Source: an uncultured Lachnospiraceae bacterium
GTDB taxonomy: Bacteria; Bacillota; Clostridia; Lachnospirales; Lachnospiraceae
Assembly (NCBI GenBank): GCA_947626745.1
Contig: CANQTF010000008.1
Coordinates: forward strand, 20,209-84,208
DNA: 64,000 nt
Reading direction: 5' to 3'
Shown here: positions 47,454 through 57,908 of the stretch, piece by piece
Numbering within the stretch: the first letter of the stretch is position 1
Layout: each line of letters begins with the position of its first letter
Position numbers and translations under genes: made by a program
The notes under the pieces: generated by a model
What the model was told of the DNA's origin: nothing
Database searches by the model: none
Seen by the model: the letters and a program-made list of their open reading frames with translations, nothing else

Positions 47454-48881
47454 ATGGTTTGTTATCAGTGCGGCTGTACGCTGTCCGAACATGATTACTG
47501 CACAAGCTGCGGCGCCGATGTAGCCCTATACAAGAAGATCATGTATATCTCCAACCGTTTTTATAATGAGGGGTTGGAAAAGGCAAATGTCAGGGATCTG
47601 ACGGGTGCAGTCACCAGTTTGCGGCAGAGCTTAAAATTTAATAAGAATAATGTGGAGGCGCGCAACCTGCTTGGTCTCGTATACTTCGAGACGGGCGAGG
47701 TGGTGGCGGCCTTAAGCGAGTGGGTCATCAGCAAGAATCTGCGGCCGAAGAAGAATATTGCGGATGACTACATCGATATGATCCAGACGAACCAGAGCAG
47801 GCTGGACACGATCAATCAGACGATCAAGAAATACAATCAGGCGCTCACTTACTGTAATCAGGAGAGTTTGGATCTGGCGGTGATACAGCTCAAGAAAGTG
47901 CTGTCGCTGAATCCGAGATTTATCCGGGCGCACCAGCTTCTCGCGCTTCTGTATATCAACAGCGAGGAGTGGGAGAAGGCAAAGCGGGAGCTGACGAAGT
48001 GTATCGAGATCGATACGAACAATACGGTGACGCTGCGCTATTTGAAAGAAGTGGACGAGATGCTCCTGCCGGAGGAGGGCGTCAAGAACGCGCAGAAGAA
48101 GAAGTCCAGAGCCGATGAGGTCATCAAGTATCAGAGCGGCAACGAGACGATCATACAGCCGGTGAACATGAAGGAGGGCAAGAGCGTCACTTCGCTCCTC
48201 AACCTCGGTATCGGCGTGGCGATCGGTGTCGCTATCGCTTTCTTCCTGATACTGCCGGCGAGGATACAGACGGCCAGAGCGGGGATCGACGAGGAGCTGC
48301 GCAAGGTGAGCGAACAGTCTGACGCCAAGACGGCCACCATAGATGAGTTGCAGCTTCAGATCAGCGAGCTCCAGTCAGACAACGACGCACTGCAGCAGGA
48401 TCTGCAGGGATATTTGGGCACGGACGGTACGCTGCAGTCTGTGGACAGCCTCATGAAAGCGGCACAGGCATATATCACCGATCCGGAGGATATCACCGCG
48501 GTGGCGGACTATCTGGAGGAGATCGAGACGGAAGACAGCGAGGATACCGCGGAGGAAACGGAGAACTCCGAGGCGTACACGGCTCTCTACGATACGCTGA
48601 TCGGACTGGTGGGCGCCGATATCGCCGAGGCGTACTACAATGACGGATACGAGGCGTACAGGCAGGATAACTACGAGGACGCGATACCGAATCTGGAGAA
48701 AGCGTTCAAGTATGATCCCGCGAACGGGGAGGCGCTGTACGATCTCGCCAACTCCTACTACAGAGCAGGGCAGGAGGACAAGGCGAGGGAGACTTACCGA
48801 AAAGTCATCGAGCTTTTCCCCGACACAGAGAAAGCAAGTAAATCCCAAGAGTTTTTGGCGGGTTTGGAGAATCAGGACTGA
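47454..48881 (+). CDS. Zinc-ribbon/TPR membrane protein
   Basis: N-terminal CYQC..CTSC, TPR repeats, single TM, coiled coil, C-terminal TPRs. Confidence 0.82.
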   Translation: MVCYQCGCTLSEHDYCTSCGADVALYKKIMYISNRFYNEGLEKANVRDLTGAVTSLRQSLKFNKNNVEARNLLGLVYFETGEVVAALSEWVISKNLRPKKNIADDYIDMIQTNQSRLDTINQTIKKYNQALTYCNQESLDLAVIQLKKVLSLNPRFIRAHQLLALLYINSEEWEKAKRELTKCIEIDTNNTVTLRYLKEVDEMLLPEEGVKNAQKKKSRADEVIKYQSGNETIIQPVNMKEGKSVTSLLNLGIGVAIGVAIAFFLILPARIQTARAGIDEELRKVSEQSDAKTATIDELQLQISELQSDNDALQQDLQGYLGTDGTLQSVDSLMKAAQAYITDPEDITAVADYLEEIETEDSEDTAEETENSEAYTALYDTLIGLVGADIAEAYYNDGYEAYRQDNYEDAIPNLEKAFKYDPANGEALYDLANSYYRAGQEDKARETYRKVIELFPDTEKASKSQEFLAGLENQD

Positions 48882-48984
48882 GGATAACCGATAAGGATAC
48901 GAAAGAGAAAGGACATGGCATGCGCCATGTCCTTTCCTGTTGCGCTCATAGCGTGCGGACCGCAGAAAAGGAGGTTTACATAAA

Positions 48985-49320
48985 ATGGAAGATTTCAAGG
49001 TGATAAACAACTATCTGATGATAAGAATGCCGGAAGAGATCGATCATCACGAATCGGTTGACATAAGTTCAAAAGCCGACCGCTATATCATGTCCGGCAG
49101 GGTGGAAAACGTGGTGTTTGATTTTGAGAGAACGACCTTTATGGACAGCTCGGGGGTGGGGATCATTCTCGGGAGATACAAGAAGGTCTCCTGCTTCGGC
49201 GGCAAGGTCTACGCCGTCAACGCGGACAGCCGGATACGGCGGATACTGTTGATGTCCGGTCTCCAGAATATCGTGGAGATCATGGATCCAAAAAAGAAGT
49301 GCGGGGAGGTTTTACAATGA
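48985..49320 (+). CDS. spoIIAA: Anti-sigma F factor antagonist (STAS)
   Basis: EIDHH, TFMDSSGVGIILGRYK; first gene of the spoIIA operon. Confidence 0.93.
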   Translation: MEDFKVINNYLMIRMPEEIDHHESVDISSKADRYIMSGRVENVVFDFERTTFMDSSGVGIILGRYKKVSCFGGKVYAVNADSRIRRILLMSGLQNIVEIMDPKKKCGEVLQ

Positions 49321-49805
49321 TCGAGATCGTGGAAAAGAAAGAGATCGGTGCGGTGACCAACGAGGTCCGGGTGGAGTTTGCCGCGGTGTCCGACAACGAG
49401 TCGTTCGCAAGGATGGCGGTGGCTGCATTTATCACACCGTTGAATCCGACGCTGGAGGAGCTGTCGGACGTCAAGACCGCCGTATCCGAGGCGGTGACAA
49501 ACGCCGTGATACACGGCTATGAGAACAGGGGCGAAAGAAACGACAAGGTGTTTATGACCTGTGTGCTGCGGGGCGATGTGCTGGAGGTGGAGATAGCGGA
49601 TCAGGGCGTGGGGATCGAGGACGTGGACGCGGCCATGACGCCGCTCTACACGACCAAGCCGGATATGGACAGGTCGGGGATGGGGTTTGCCTTTATGGAG
49701 GCTTTTATGGACGATCTGGAGGTGCGCTCCGAGCCGGGGCGCGGAACGAACGTCAGGATGTGCAAGAAGATAGGCACACACCCGTGGGTCGGCAGCGAGG
49801 ATTAG
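49317..49805 (+). CDS. spoIIAB: Anti-sigma F factor
   Basis: NESFAR, PTLEELSDVKTAVSEAVTNAVIHGY, RSGMGF. Confidence 0.95.
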   Translation: MIEIVEKKEIGAVTNEVRVEFAAVSDNESFARMAVAAFITPLNPTLEELSDVKTAVSEAVTNAVIHGYENRGERNDKVFMTCVLRGDVLEVEIADQGVGIEDVDAAMTPLYTTKPDMDRSGMGFAFMEAFMDDLEVRSEPGRGTNVRMCKKIGTHPWVGSED

Positions 49806-49808
49806 CCG

Positions 49809-50567
49809 ATGGAAGAAACTGCCGTATTGATCGAACGTTCACAGGCAGGAGATAAAGAGGCAAGAGAGAGACTGATAGAGGAAAATCTGGGACTCGTGCG
49901 GCATATCGTCAAACGTTTTGTCGGACGGGGCTATGATACGGAGGATCTTTTTCAGATCGGGTGCATCGGTCTGATCAAGGCGATCGACAAGTTCGATCTG
50001 CAGTATGACGTGCGGTTCTCCACCTATGCCGTGCCGATGATCCAAGGGGAGATCAAGCGTTTTCTGCGGGACGACGGCATGGTCAAGGTGAGCCGCACGC
50101 TCAAGGAGAGCGGCTTCAAGATAAAACAGGCGGCCGGCCGGCTGTCACAGGAGTACGGCAGGGAGGCGACGCTTCAGGAGCTGTCGGAGGCGACGGGGCT
50201 GTCCGTGGAAGATATCGTGATGGCGATGGACGCCAACGTGGAGGTGGAATCTATCTACAAGTCCGTCTACCAGTCTGACGGCAGCGAGGTCTATCTGGTG
50301 GATCAGATCGTCGGGAAAGGCGGCGGCGTGGGACAGACTGTGTCCGAAGGCGGCTGGGGCGATGCGGAGAAGGAGAAGGTGCTGAACCGTATGCTCTTGG
50401 AGCAGCTTATGAAGAGCTTGGACGAGAGGGAGCGGACGCTGATCCGCATGCGGTATTTTCAGGACAAGACGCAGGTGGAGGTGGCTCAGTATATGGGGAT
50501 CAGCCAAGTACAGGTCAGCCGCATGGAGAAGCGTATTTTGTTGCAACTGAGAGAAGAAGTGTGTTAA
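49809..50567 (+). CDS. sigF: Sporulation sigma factor F
   Basis: EDLFQIGCIGLIKAIDKFD, FSTYAVPMIQGEIKRFLRDDG, QVQVSR; follows spoIIAB. Confidence 0.93.
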   Translation: MEETAVLIERSQAGDKEARERLIEENLGLVRHIVKRFVGRGYDTEDLFQIGCIGLIKAIDKFDLQYDVRFSTYAVPMIQGEIKRFLRDDGMVKVSRTLKESGFKIKQAAGRLSQEYGREATLQELSEATGLSVEDIVMAMDANVEVESIYKSVYQSDGSEVYLVDQIVGKGGGVGQTVSEGGWGDAEKEKVLNRMLLEQLMKSLDERERTLIRMRYFQDKTQVEVAQYMGISQVQVSRMEKRILLQLREEVC

Positions 50568-50642
50568 TATAGATTCGTATCATGATGAGCGTAAGTGTGA
50601 GGAACAAAAGGTGTACGGCGATCGGTACACGGGAGTACACGG

Positions 50643-51218
50643 ATGAATGAGAACGCAGTCAAGAACCGAAGGATACTGATCAGGGACATCGAGGATGGGC
50701 GGATCATTGCCGATACCAAGATACTTTGGTTTGACAGCCTGGCAAACTCCGTCCATATCAGCGCCGACAGTCTGCGGGAGAGGAAATATTACAACATATC
50801 CGCATATATTTTTGCGGAGGACGGCCTCTATGAGTTCTGCGGCACGATCCGCGGCGTGCTCGTGGACAATGAGATCGAGGTGTTTCTCGGCAAGAGCAAG
50901 GAGAAGGAAGACCGGGCGAAGACCAGATATCCGGTTGCGATAGAGGGCGGCATTGTCGGTATCTTTTTCGGCGAAAAGAAGGTCATGCTCCGCAAGCCGA
51001 TGCAGATGCAGACGATCAACATGAGCGCGGGCGGCGTGCTGATGAAGGCGGACTGCGGCTGTTTTCATATCGGGGACCGTTTTACGCTGCGTCTTAAGGT
51101 GGAGGAAGGCGAGCTGGAACTGGACTGCAGTGTCGTCAGGATACAGAATGAGACGATGCTGACGGAAGAGTACGGCTGCCGGATTTTTGGGATATGGATA
51201 GAGAGAACGAACGAGTAG
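50643..51218 (+). CDS. PilZ-domain c-di-GMP receptor
   Basis: RAKTR (RxxxR) and NMSAGG (D/NxSxxG) motifs, YGCR end. Confidence 0.8.
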   Translation: MNENAVKNRRILIRDIEDGRIIADTKILWFDSLANSVHISADSLRERKYYNISAYIFAEDGLYEFCGTIRGVLVDNEIEVFLGKSKEKEDRAKTRYPVAIEGGIVGIFFGEKKVMLRKPMQMQTINMSAGGVLMKADCGCFHIGDRFTLRLKVEEGELELDCSVVRIQNETMLTEEYGCRIFGIWIERTNE

Positions 51219-52339
51219 GGACACATAAGGCGCCGGCCAGACAACTGCAGACGCTTCCGGCGGAGCTGCTGTGGGACGGTCTGGTGTTGAAGGACGATAT
51301 CTTTAACCACACCGGAGCGGTCCTGCTTCTGCCGAAGGGGGAGACTATCACCAAATCCAGGCTGGAAAAGCTGATGGGCTTCTACGGAGACGACAGGAAC
51401 ATCATGGTGTATGAGGAGACTTATCTGGAGATCATGACAGACGAGCACACCTCTCCGGAAGCGCGGCAGAAGCTGATGGAAAAGCACATCGGCTACACGC
51501 ATCTGCAGCAGAATATCGGCGACCTCTTCGAGAGGCGGGATTACGATGCGTGGCTGAACAGGGATAAGCTGGCGCCGCTCATCCGCGAGGTGGCCTCCAA
51601 ATTGGAGAACTTTGATCCCGTCATGATCCTCTCCTGCATCAATTTCCCAAGACCCATGGACGAAGGGCTGCAGCGGCACTCGCTCAATGTGGCGCTCCTA
51701 AACGGTATGCAGGCGGAATGGCTCGAGCTGCCGCCGGACGATGTGAATACGCTGGTGCTGGCGGGGCTTCTGCACGATATCGGCAAGACGATGATACCGG
51801 AGGAGATCCTGAATGCGCCGCGGCGTCTGACGGCGGAGGAGACGGCGGTCATGCGCGCGCATCCCGTCTACTCGGACCAACTGCTGGCCGGCAAGTTTGA
51901 CGATAATGTCCGGCTGGCGGCGCGGCATCATCATGAGAAGCTGAACGGCAAGGGGTATCCGGACGGCGTCGCAGGCGACGAGCTGGGATTCAGCGCAAGG
52001 ATCACGGCGATCTCCGACATCTATGACGCGATGGTGTCGGCCAGAAGCTACAAGGGCGCGCGGCTGCCGCTCGATGTGTTCGACATGCTGTATCAGGAGG
52101 AGTTCGACGGTCTGGACAGGAGCCTTGTCATCACTTTCCTGAAAAATATGCGGGCCAGATACACGAACCGGCAGGTGATGATGTCCGACGGGCGGCGCGG
52201 TGAGATACTGTACATTCCGCTCAACGACGCCGATCACCCGATCATCGGGCGGGGCGGCGAGGCGCGGCAGACGGACGAGGCGTGGTACTGTAAGGAAATA
52301 CTGCCGGCGGCCGAGGGCGACTATGTCACGGGGAGATAA
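51194..52339 (+). CDS. HD-GYP domain phosphodiesterase
   Basis: RHSLNV, LLHDIGK, HHEKLNGKGYP, ISDIYDAM. Confidence 0.9.
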   Translation: MDRENERVGTHKAPARQLQTLPAELLWDGLVLKDDIFNHTGAVLLLPKGETITKSRLEKLMGFYGDDRNIMVYEETYLEIMTDEHTSPEARQKLMEKHIGYTHLQQNIGDLFERRDYDAWLNRDKLAPLIREVASKLENFDPVMILSCINFPRPMDEGLQRHSLNVALLNGMQAEWLELPPDDVNTLVLAGLLHDIGKTMIPEEILNAPRRLTAEETAVMRAHPVYSDQLLAGKFDDNVRLAARHHHEKLNGKGYPDGVAGDELGFSARITAISDIYDAMVSARSYKGARLPLDVFDMLYQEEFDGLDRSLVITFLKNMRARYTNRQVMMSDGRRGEILYIPLNDADHPIIGRGGEARQTDEAWYCKEILPAAEGDYVTGR

Positions 52340-52422
52340 GCCTTGTGCATGCTGCGGCACAGACTTCTTGCAACGGGCTGGCGGTTGGTGTAGAATGTAG
52401 GTAACGGAAACGGAGGCGCGGT

Positions 52423-52701
52423 ATGGAATTTTTTGATAAGATCGGAGAGACACTTTCGACGAAAGGCAAAGAGGTATCGGACAAGGCGAAGGATATGGCT
52501 GAGATCGTCAATCTGAAGGGGCAGATCCACACCTGTGAGGAGCTGATCCGGAAACGCTACACGGAGATCGGGAAGATCTACTATGAGAAGCACGGTTCTA
52601 CGCCGGAGGAGGAATACATAGACGCGTGCAGGGATATCGAGAATGCACAGAATGCGATCATTGATCTGGAGACGCGCTTGAAAGAGCTGAAAGGCGTCTG
52701 A
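52423..52701 (+). CDS. Hypothetical coiled-coil protein
   Basis: GGAGG RBS; MEFFDKIGETLS...YTEIGKIYYE helical pattern. Confidence 0.75.
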   Translation: MEFFDKIGETLSTKGKEVSDKAKDMAEIVNLKGQIHTCEELIRKRYTEIGKIYYEKHGSTPEEEYIDACRDIENAQNAIIDLETRLKELKGV

Positions 52702-52723
52702 TCCGAAAAGAACGAAAACGAAG

Positions 52724-52764
52724 AAGGGGTATCAAAGTCGGCTGCGATTTTGATACCCCTTTTC
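52724..52764. terminator. Bidirectional terminator between convergent genes
   Basis: AAGGGGTATCAAAGTCG / CGATTTTGATACCCCTT stem, T-run on + strand. Confidence 0.75.
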
Positions 52765-52794
52765 TATCGGTTCGGTGAGATGCGCTCTGCGGCA

Positions 52795-55524
52795 TCATTC
52801 CGCCGGAGGCTGTTGCGGCTGCTGCTGTTCCGCTGCGGCTGCCGCAGCGGCCGCTTCCGCCGCGCGCTGCGCCATCTCGCCGCGCTGCGCGTTGACGACC
52901 GATTCCCAGTCGGGATTGGCAAAGAACTCCGCATTGTGCGGACACATATTCATCTGTGCCGCCGGCGCCGGTGTGACCGTGCCGTCCTCGTTTGTCACGA
53001 CCTCGCCGGGCTGTGTCTCGGGTACGGCTTCCGGCTGCGGCTGCCCGAGAGCCATCGCCGTGCCGCTCTGCAGGGACACGTCCTCAACAGGCGTCAGCTC
53101 CATTACGCCCTCCGTCTTGAAGGGACAGCCCTCACATGCGGGGAGGTTGCTGTAGGTACAGATCTGGCCCGCATAGTGGACATCGCAGCTCTCCGTGGGA
53201 ACGGTGCCTTCGGCAAAGTATTCCGTGCGCAGCGTGCCGTCGCACAAGCCCTCGATCGGCAGCTTGCCGGACTTGGAGCAGACCGTTGCGGTCACGATGC
53301 CCGCCGGAGGTCCGCTGAAGCCTTCGTTGGGAAGACCCTCGTGGATCTTCGCCATCGTGGCGCGCCACAGCTTCTTGGCAAGATTGTTCTCCGTGCTGTT
53401 TAGCTTGACGTTGTTGTCGAAGCCCGCCCACACGGTTGCCGTGTAGTAGGGTGTGTAGCCCGCAAACCAAGCGTCTGTCGGTCCCGTGGTCGTGCCGGTC
53501 TTGCCGGCGATCGCCATGCCGCCGAAGTTGACGGAGCCGCCCGTGCCGACGGTGACGACATCGACCATGGCGCTGGTCAGCAGGAAAGCGGTCGTCTCTT
53601 TGATGACCCGCCGCGACTGCGGCGTGGTGTTGTCCAGAATGATGTTGCCGTCGTGATCGACCACCTTCGTGTACAGCTTCGGCTTGATGTAGGTGCCGCC
53701 GTTGGCGATGCACGCGTAGGCCGCGTTCAGCTCCTCGTTGGTGACGCCGTCGGTGATGCCGCCCAGCGCCAGGGATTGCTGGATATCGGAAAAGACCTGA
53801 TTGCCGGACTCTTTGCGCTCCACCAGCGTGGTGAAGCCGAAGTTCAGCAGATAGTCGTACCCGAGCTGGGGCGTGATCTGCGTCAGCGTCTTGACCGTCA
53901 CGACGTTCAGGGACTGCTCGATGCCGTAGCGGAGGGAGCAGAGCCCCTTGTAGCCCGAGCTGTACCAGTTGTTGACGGGCCGCCCGTCCGCGTAGCAGAA
54001 GGGCGCGTCGTTCATGACGGTAGCGAGCGTCATACCCGCGCTGTCCAGAGCGGGCGCGTAGGTCGATAAGATCTTGAAGGTGGAGCCGGGCTGACGGACG
54101 GTGTCCGTTGCGCGGTTTAAGGTACGGCTGGCGGATTTGGCGCCGCGGCCGCCTTCCATGGCCACGATATAGCCGGTCTGCTGATCCTCCACGACGAGGG
54201 ATACCTGCGGCTGGGGCGTCAGGCTGACGGTCTCCGCGAACACTTCGTCGCCGCTTCTCATGACGGCCGCCTTGTAGGCCTCGATGTCGGCGTAGGCTTC
54301 CTCCTGCGAGCTGTAGATCAGGTTGAAGGAGGAAGAGCGGTTCTCCTTCCAGTAGTCCTGAAACATCTCCGTGCTGTGGTTCTCCTTGTCGCCGTTTGCC
54401 TTCTCTATGGTCAGCTCATAGTTCAGATACCACTTGGTATTCTCCGGAAAGTTGGAAGCGTCATTGAACACATCGTCGCAGATCCTCTGGATCTTGGGAT
54501 CCTGTGTGGAGTAGATCTTCAGGCCGCCGCTGTAGAGCAGCGTGAAAGCCTGTGTCTCATTGTAGCCGGCCGCAATCAGATCCTCCAGGATATCGTCTGT
54601 CAGCGCATCTACAAAATATGTATTGACAGTGGTATCGTCGTTCTCGGAATCTGCGATCTGTATGCGGGAGTAGACGTCGTCGGCCTTCGCCTCGTCGTAC
54701 TCCTCCTGCGTGATATAGCCCTGGTCCTTCATGTTTTTCAGGACCTTATCACGGCGCTCCGCGTTCTTGTCGGGGTGCGTGATCGGATTGAATCTGGAAG
54801 GATTCTGTATGATGCCGGCGATGACCGCGCACTCGGACAGGGTCAGGTCGCTGACGGACTTGTCGAAATAGCGCAGGGAGGCAGCCTGTACGCCGAGGGT
54901 GTTCTGCCCCAGGTTGATCGTGTTCATATAGTTGATCAGGATGTCTTCCTTGCTCATGACCTTTTCAAGCTCCAGCGCAAGATACTGCTCCTGAAACTTA
55001 CGCTTGAACTTGTCGGCAAGGGAATCCTCGCTGGTCCAGTCGGTGAAGACGTTGTTCTTGAGAAGCTGCTGGGTGATCGTGCTGGCGCCCTGCGAGAAAT
55101 CCCCGGTAGTCAGGGCTGTATAGCCGGCGCGGACGATACCCTTGATATCGATGCCGTTGTGGTCGTAGAAACGCTCGTCCTCAATGGCCACGAAAGCGTC
55201 CTGCAGATCCTGCGGGACCATATCGATGGTGACGGGGATACGGTTGGAGCCCGTGGACACCAGCTTGGCCGTCTGATTGCCTTCTATATCGTACACAAAG
55301 GTGGAGAAGCCGCTCGGGGTGACGTCGATATTGCCGATGTCGGGAGCGGTCGCCAACACGCCCTTGAACAGCCCGATACCGGCGCTCAGGCCGATGATGC
55401 CGACGCCGACCATACAGATCAGGAACACCTGTATAAAGGTGAAGCCGACTTTCCTCGCCCACTTTTTCGATGTGGCGTGAAGCTCCTGCTGTTTCCTGCG
55501 GACGCCTCTTTTTCCGTAGTTCAT
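52795..55524 (-). CDS. Class A penicillin-binding protein (PBP1A family)
   Basis: EDERFYDHNG, GASTITQQL transglycosylase; STFK, SLN, KTG transpeptidase motifs; GGAGG RBS before ATG 55524. Confidence 0.95.
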   Translation of the reverse strand: MNYGKRGVRRKQQELHATSKKWARKVGFTFIQVFLICMVGVGIIGLSAGIGLFKGVLATAPDIGNIDVTPSGFSTFVYDIEGNQTAKLVSTGSNRIPVTIDMVPQDLQDAFVAIEDERFYDHNGIDIKGIVRAGYTALTTGDFSQGASTITQQLLKNNVFTDWTSEDSLADKFKRKFQEQYLALELEKVMSKEDILINYMNTINLGQNTLGVQAASLRYFDKSVSDLTLSECAVIAGIIQNPSRFNPITHPDKNAERRDKVLKNMKDQGYITQEEYDEAKADDVYSRIQIADSENDDTTVNTYFVDALTDDILEDLIAAGYNETQAFTLLYSGGLKIYSTQDPKIQRICDDVFNDASNFPENTKWYLNYELTIEKANGDKENHSTEMFQDYWKENRSSSFNLIYSSQEEAYADIEAYKAAVMRSGDEVFAETVSLTPQPQVSLVVEDQQTGYIVAMEGGRGAKSASRTLNRATDTVRQPGSTFKILSTYAPALDSAGMTLATVMNDAPFCYADGRPVNNWYSSGYKGLCSLRYGIEQSLNVVTVKTLTQITPQLGYDYLLNFGFTTLVERKESGNQVFSDIQQSLALGGITDGVTNEELNAAYACIANGGTYIKPKLYTKVVDHDGNIILDNTTPQSRRVIKETTAFLLTSAMVDVVTVGTGGSVNFGGMAIAGKTGTTTGPTDAWFAGYTPYYTATVWAGFDNNVKLNSTENNLAKKLWRATMAKIHEGLPNEGFSGPPAGIVTATVCSKSGKLPIEGLCDGTLRTEYFAEGTVPTESCDVHYAGQICTYSNLPACEGCPFKTEGVMELTPVEDVSLQSGTAMALGQPQPEAVPETQPGEVVTNEDGTVTPAPAAQMNMCPHNAEFFANPDWESVVNAQRGEMAQRAAEAAAAAAAAEQQQPQQPPAE

Positions 55525-55786
55525 AATACGCTTACCTCCTCGAGACCTTCGGGATACGGCGATATGCGATCCTGTCGGCCTATCATGCATTATAGCAAAT
55601 CTTACCAATGAAATAAAGTTTTTTCTTATGATTAAGAATACCTTAAGGAATCCAACATGGATTGTTCACAGTTTATCCCGCTTTTATACATGCGGATTAC
55701 GCTTGACGCGGCGTCCGGCGAGGTAGTAGTATAGAAGGGCGCGGAGGGCACAAAGCGGGCAGAGCCGCAGGACTTCGGCAGATGGA

Positions 55787-56437
55787 GTGAGCATGGGATC
55801 CGATCGTCAGTATACGCCGTACAAGATTATCGAATGCGGGGGAAGCGGGGAAATCGAAGAGAAAAAGTCCCGCTTTATCGCGCATGTGGCAGCCGCCGGC
55901 ACGGAGGAGGAAGCGCTTGCCTTCATCGAGGAAAAGCGGAAACGTTTCTGGGACGCGCGCCACAACTGCTATGCCTATGTGCTCGGGCAGGATGCGCAGA
56001 CGATGCGGTTTTCCGACGACGGGGAGCCGTCGGGCACGGCGGGCAGACCGATCATGGACGTGATCACCGCCGCGGGGATCCGCGATGCGGTGATCGTCGT
56101 GACCAGATATTTTGGCGGGACGCTGCTCGGCACGGGCGGTCTGGTGCGCGCATACACGAAAGCGGCACAGGCGGGTATCGCGGCGAGCGTTGTGCGCACG
56201 ATGTGCCGCGGGTATGAGGTGAGCGTCCTGACGGACTACAACGGTGTCGGCAAGGTGCAGTATCTGCTCGGTTCACGGGGGATCCCCGTGGAGGGAGCGG
56301 ATTATGCGGCACAGGTGACGATACGGTTCCGGGTCCCGTGGGAAGAGAAGGATACCGTGGTGGATAAGATCACGGAGGCGACGGCGGGCAGGGCGAGGAT
56401 CACGGTTTCCGGGCCGCTGTTCTATAAGAGGGAATAA
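55787..56437 (+). CDS. YigZ/IMPACT family protein
   Basis: KKSRFIA, ARHNCYAY, SDDGEPSGTAG, RYFGGTLLGTGGLVRAY. Confidence 0.93.
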   Translation: MSMGSDRQYTPYKIIECGGSGEIEEKKSRFIAHVAAAGTEEEALAFIEEKRKRFWDARHNCYAYVLGQDAQTMRFSDDGEPSGTAGRPIMDVITAAGIRDAVIVVTRYFGGTLLGTGGLVRAYTKAAQAGIAASVVRTMCRGYEVSVLTDYNGVGKVQYLLGSRGIPVEGADYAAQVTIRFRVPWEEKDTVVDKITEATAGRARITVSGPLFYKRE

Positions 56438-56469
56438 CAGGCTGACAGCATGTGCGGAGGATGAACGTC

Positions 56470-57876
56470 ATGAATGAGATCAGGGAAATGCAGAACGGTG
56501 GACAGACGCAGGAGTCTCACGACAGCTATGAGGATTTCGGCAAGGAGGAGATACTGGAGCTTCTGCACAAAGGACAATATACCAAGCTGCGTCAGGCCGT
56601 TCAGGAACTGAACGACGCGGATATTGCGGATTACATAGAGGATATGGACGAGGAGGAGATCGTGAAGATCTTCCGGATCCTGCCGAAGGATATGGCCGCG
56701 AGCGTTTTTTCCTACATGGATATCGAACTGCAGCAGTTCGTCATCACCTCTCTCTCCGACAAGGACGCCGGAACGATCATAGATAACATGATGTCCGACG
56801 ATGCCAGGGAGCTGATGGGGGAGATGCCGGCCAACGTGGTGAAAAGGCTGATCGCCAATACGAGCCCGGACACGAGAAAGGCGATCAATCATCTGATGCG
56901 CTATCCGGAGGATTCCGCCGGCAGCATCATGACCGTGGAGTACATCGACCTCAAGGAGAATCAGACCGTGGAGGAGGCGATCGCGCGGATCCGCAAGCTG
57001 GGTCTGGACAGCGAGACGATCAACATCTGCTATGTGCTGGACAATAAGAGGACTCTGGTCGGCACCGTCGCGCTCCGGTATTTGCTGCTCAGCCAGCCGG
57101 AGGACGTGATCGGCGACATCATGCACAGGAACGTCGTCTCCCTTCACACGCTGATGGATCAGGAAGAGGTCGCCAGAATGTTCCGCAAGTACGAGTTTAC
57201 GGCGATGCCTGTGGTGGACAACGAAGACCGGCTGGTCGGCATCATCACCATGGACGATGTGGTGGATATCATGGAGGAGGAGACCACCGAGGATATCGAG
57301 ATCATGGCGGCGGTGATGCCGTCGGATAAGCCGTACCTGAAGACGTCCGTGTTCGATGCATACAAAAAAAGGATACCGTGGCTTCTGCTGCTGATGATAT
57401 CGGCCACCTTCACCGGCAAGATCATCACGTCGTTTGAGAACGCGCTGAGCAGATACGTTGTGCTCACGGCTTTTATTCCGATGCTGATGGATACGGGCGG
57501 CAACGCGGGCGGACAGGCGAGCGCTATCATCATTCGCGGTCTGTCCCTCGACGAGATCAAGTTCGGCGACTGGCTCAAGGTGCTGTGGCGCGAGATCAGG
57601 ACAGCCGTCCTGTGCGGTCTGACGCTGGCGCTGTGCAATTTCGCCAAGCTGCTTCTGCTTGACAGGGTGAGCGTGCCTGTGGCCTTCGTGGTCTGCATCA
57701 CGCTTCTGACCGCGGTGGTGGTCGCGAAGATCGTGGGTTCCATGCTGCCGATGCTGGCCAAGAAAATAGGAATGGATCCGGCCGTTATGGCGAGTCCGTT
57801 CATCACGACGATCGTAGACGCCCTATCCCTGTTGATCTATTTCAGGGTGGCGACGGTCATGCTCGGTCTGTCCTGA
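56470..57876 (+). CDS. mgtE: Magnesium transporter
   Basis: YPEDSAGSIMT CBS pair, RIPWLLLL, DTGGNAG, DPAVMASPFITTIVD. Confidence 0.95.
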   Translation: MNEIREMQNGGQTQESHDSYEDFGKEEILELLHKGQYTKLRQAVQELNDADIADYIEDMDEEEIVKIFRILPKDMAASVFSYMDIELQQFVITSLSDKDAGTIIDNMMSDDARELMGEMPANVVKRLIANTSPDTRKAINHLMRYPEDSAGSIMTVEYIDLKENQTVEEAIARIRKLGLDSETINICYVLDNKRTLVGTVALRYLLLSQPEDVIGDIMHRNVVSLHTLMDQEEVARMFRKYEFTAMPVVDNEDRLVGIITMDDVVDIMEEETTEDIEIMAAVMPSDKPYLKTSVFDAYKKRIPWLLLLMISATFTGKIITSFENALSRYVVLTAFIPMLMDTGGNAGGQASAIIIRGLSLDEIKFGDWLKVLWREIRTAVLCGLTLALCNFAKLLLLDRVSVPVAFVVCITLLTAVVVAKIVGSMLPMLAKKIGMDPAVMASPFITTIVDALSLLIYFRVATVMLGLS

Positions 57877-57908
57877 AGCTTCTTTGATCATTCCTGTGCG
57901 CGGCGGCC

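Noticed and set aside
55660-55692. Second DnaA-box cluster between pbp1A and yigZ
   Set aside because: All candidates have 2-3 mismatches to the consensus
56438-56470. M-box riboswitch expected before mgtE
   Set aside because: Only ~30 bp separate yigZ and mgtE; no room or motif
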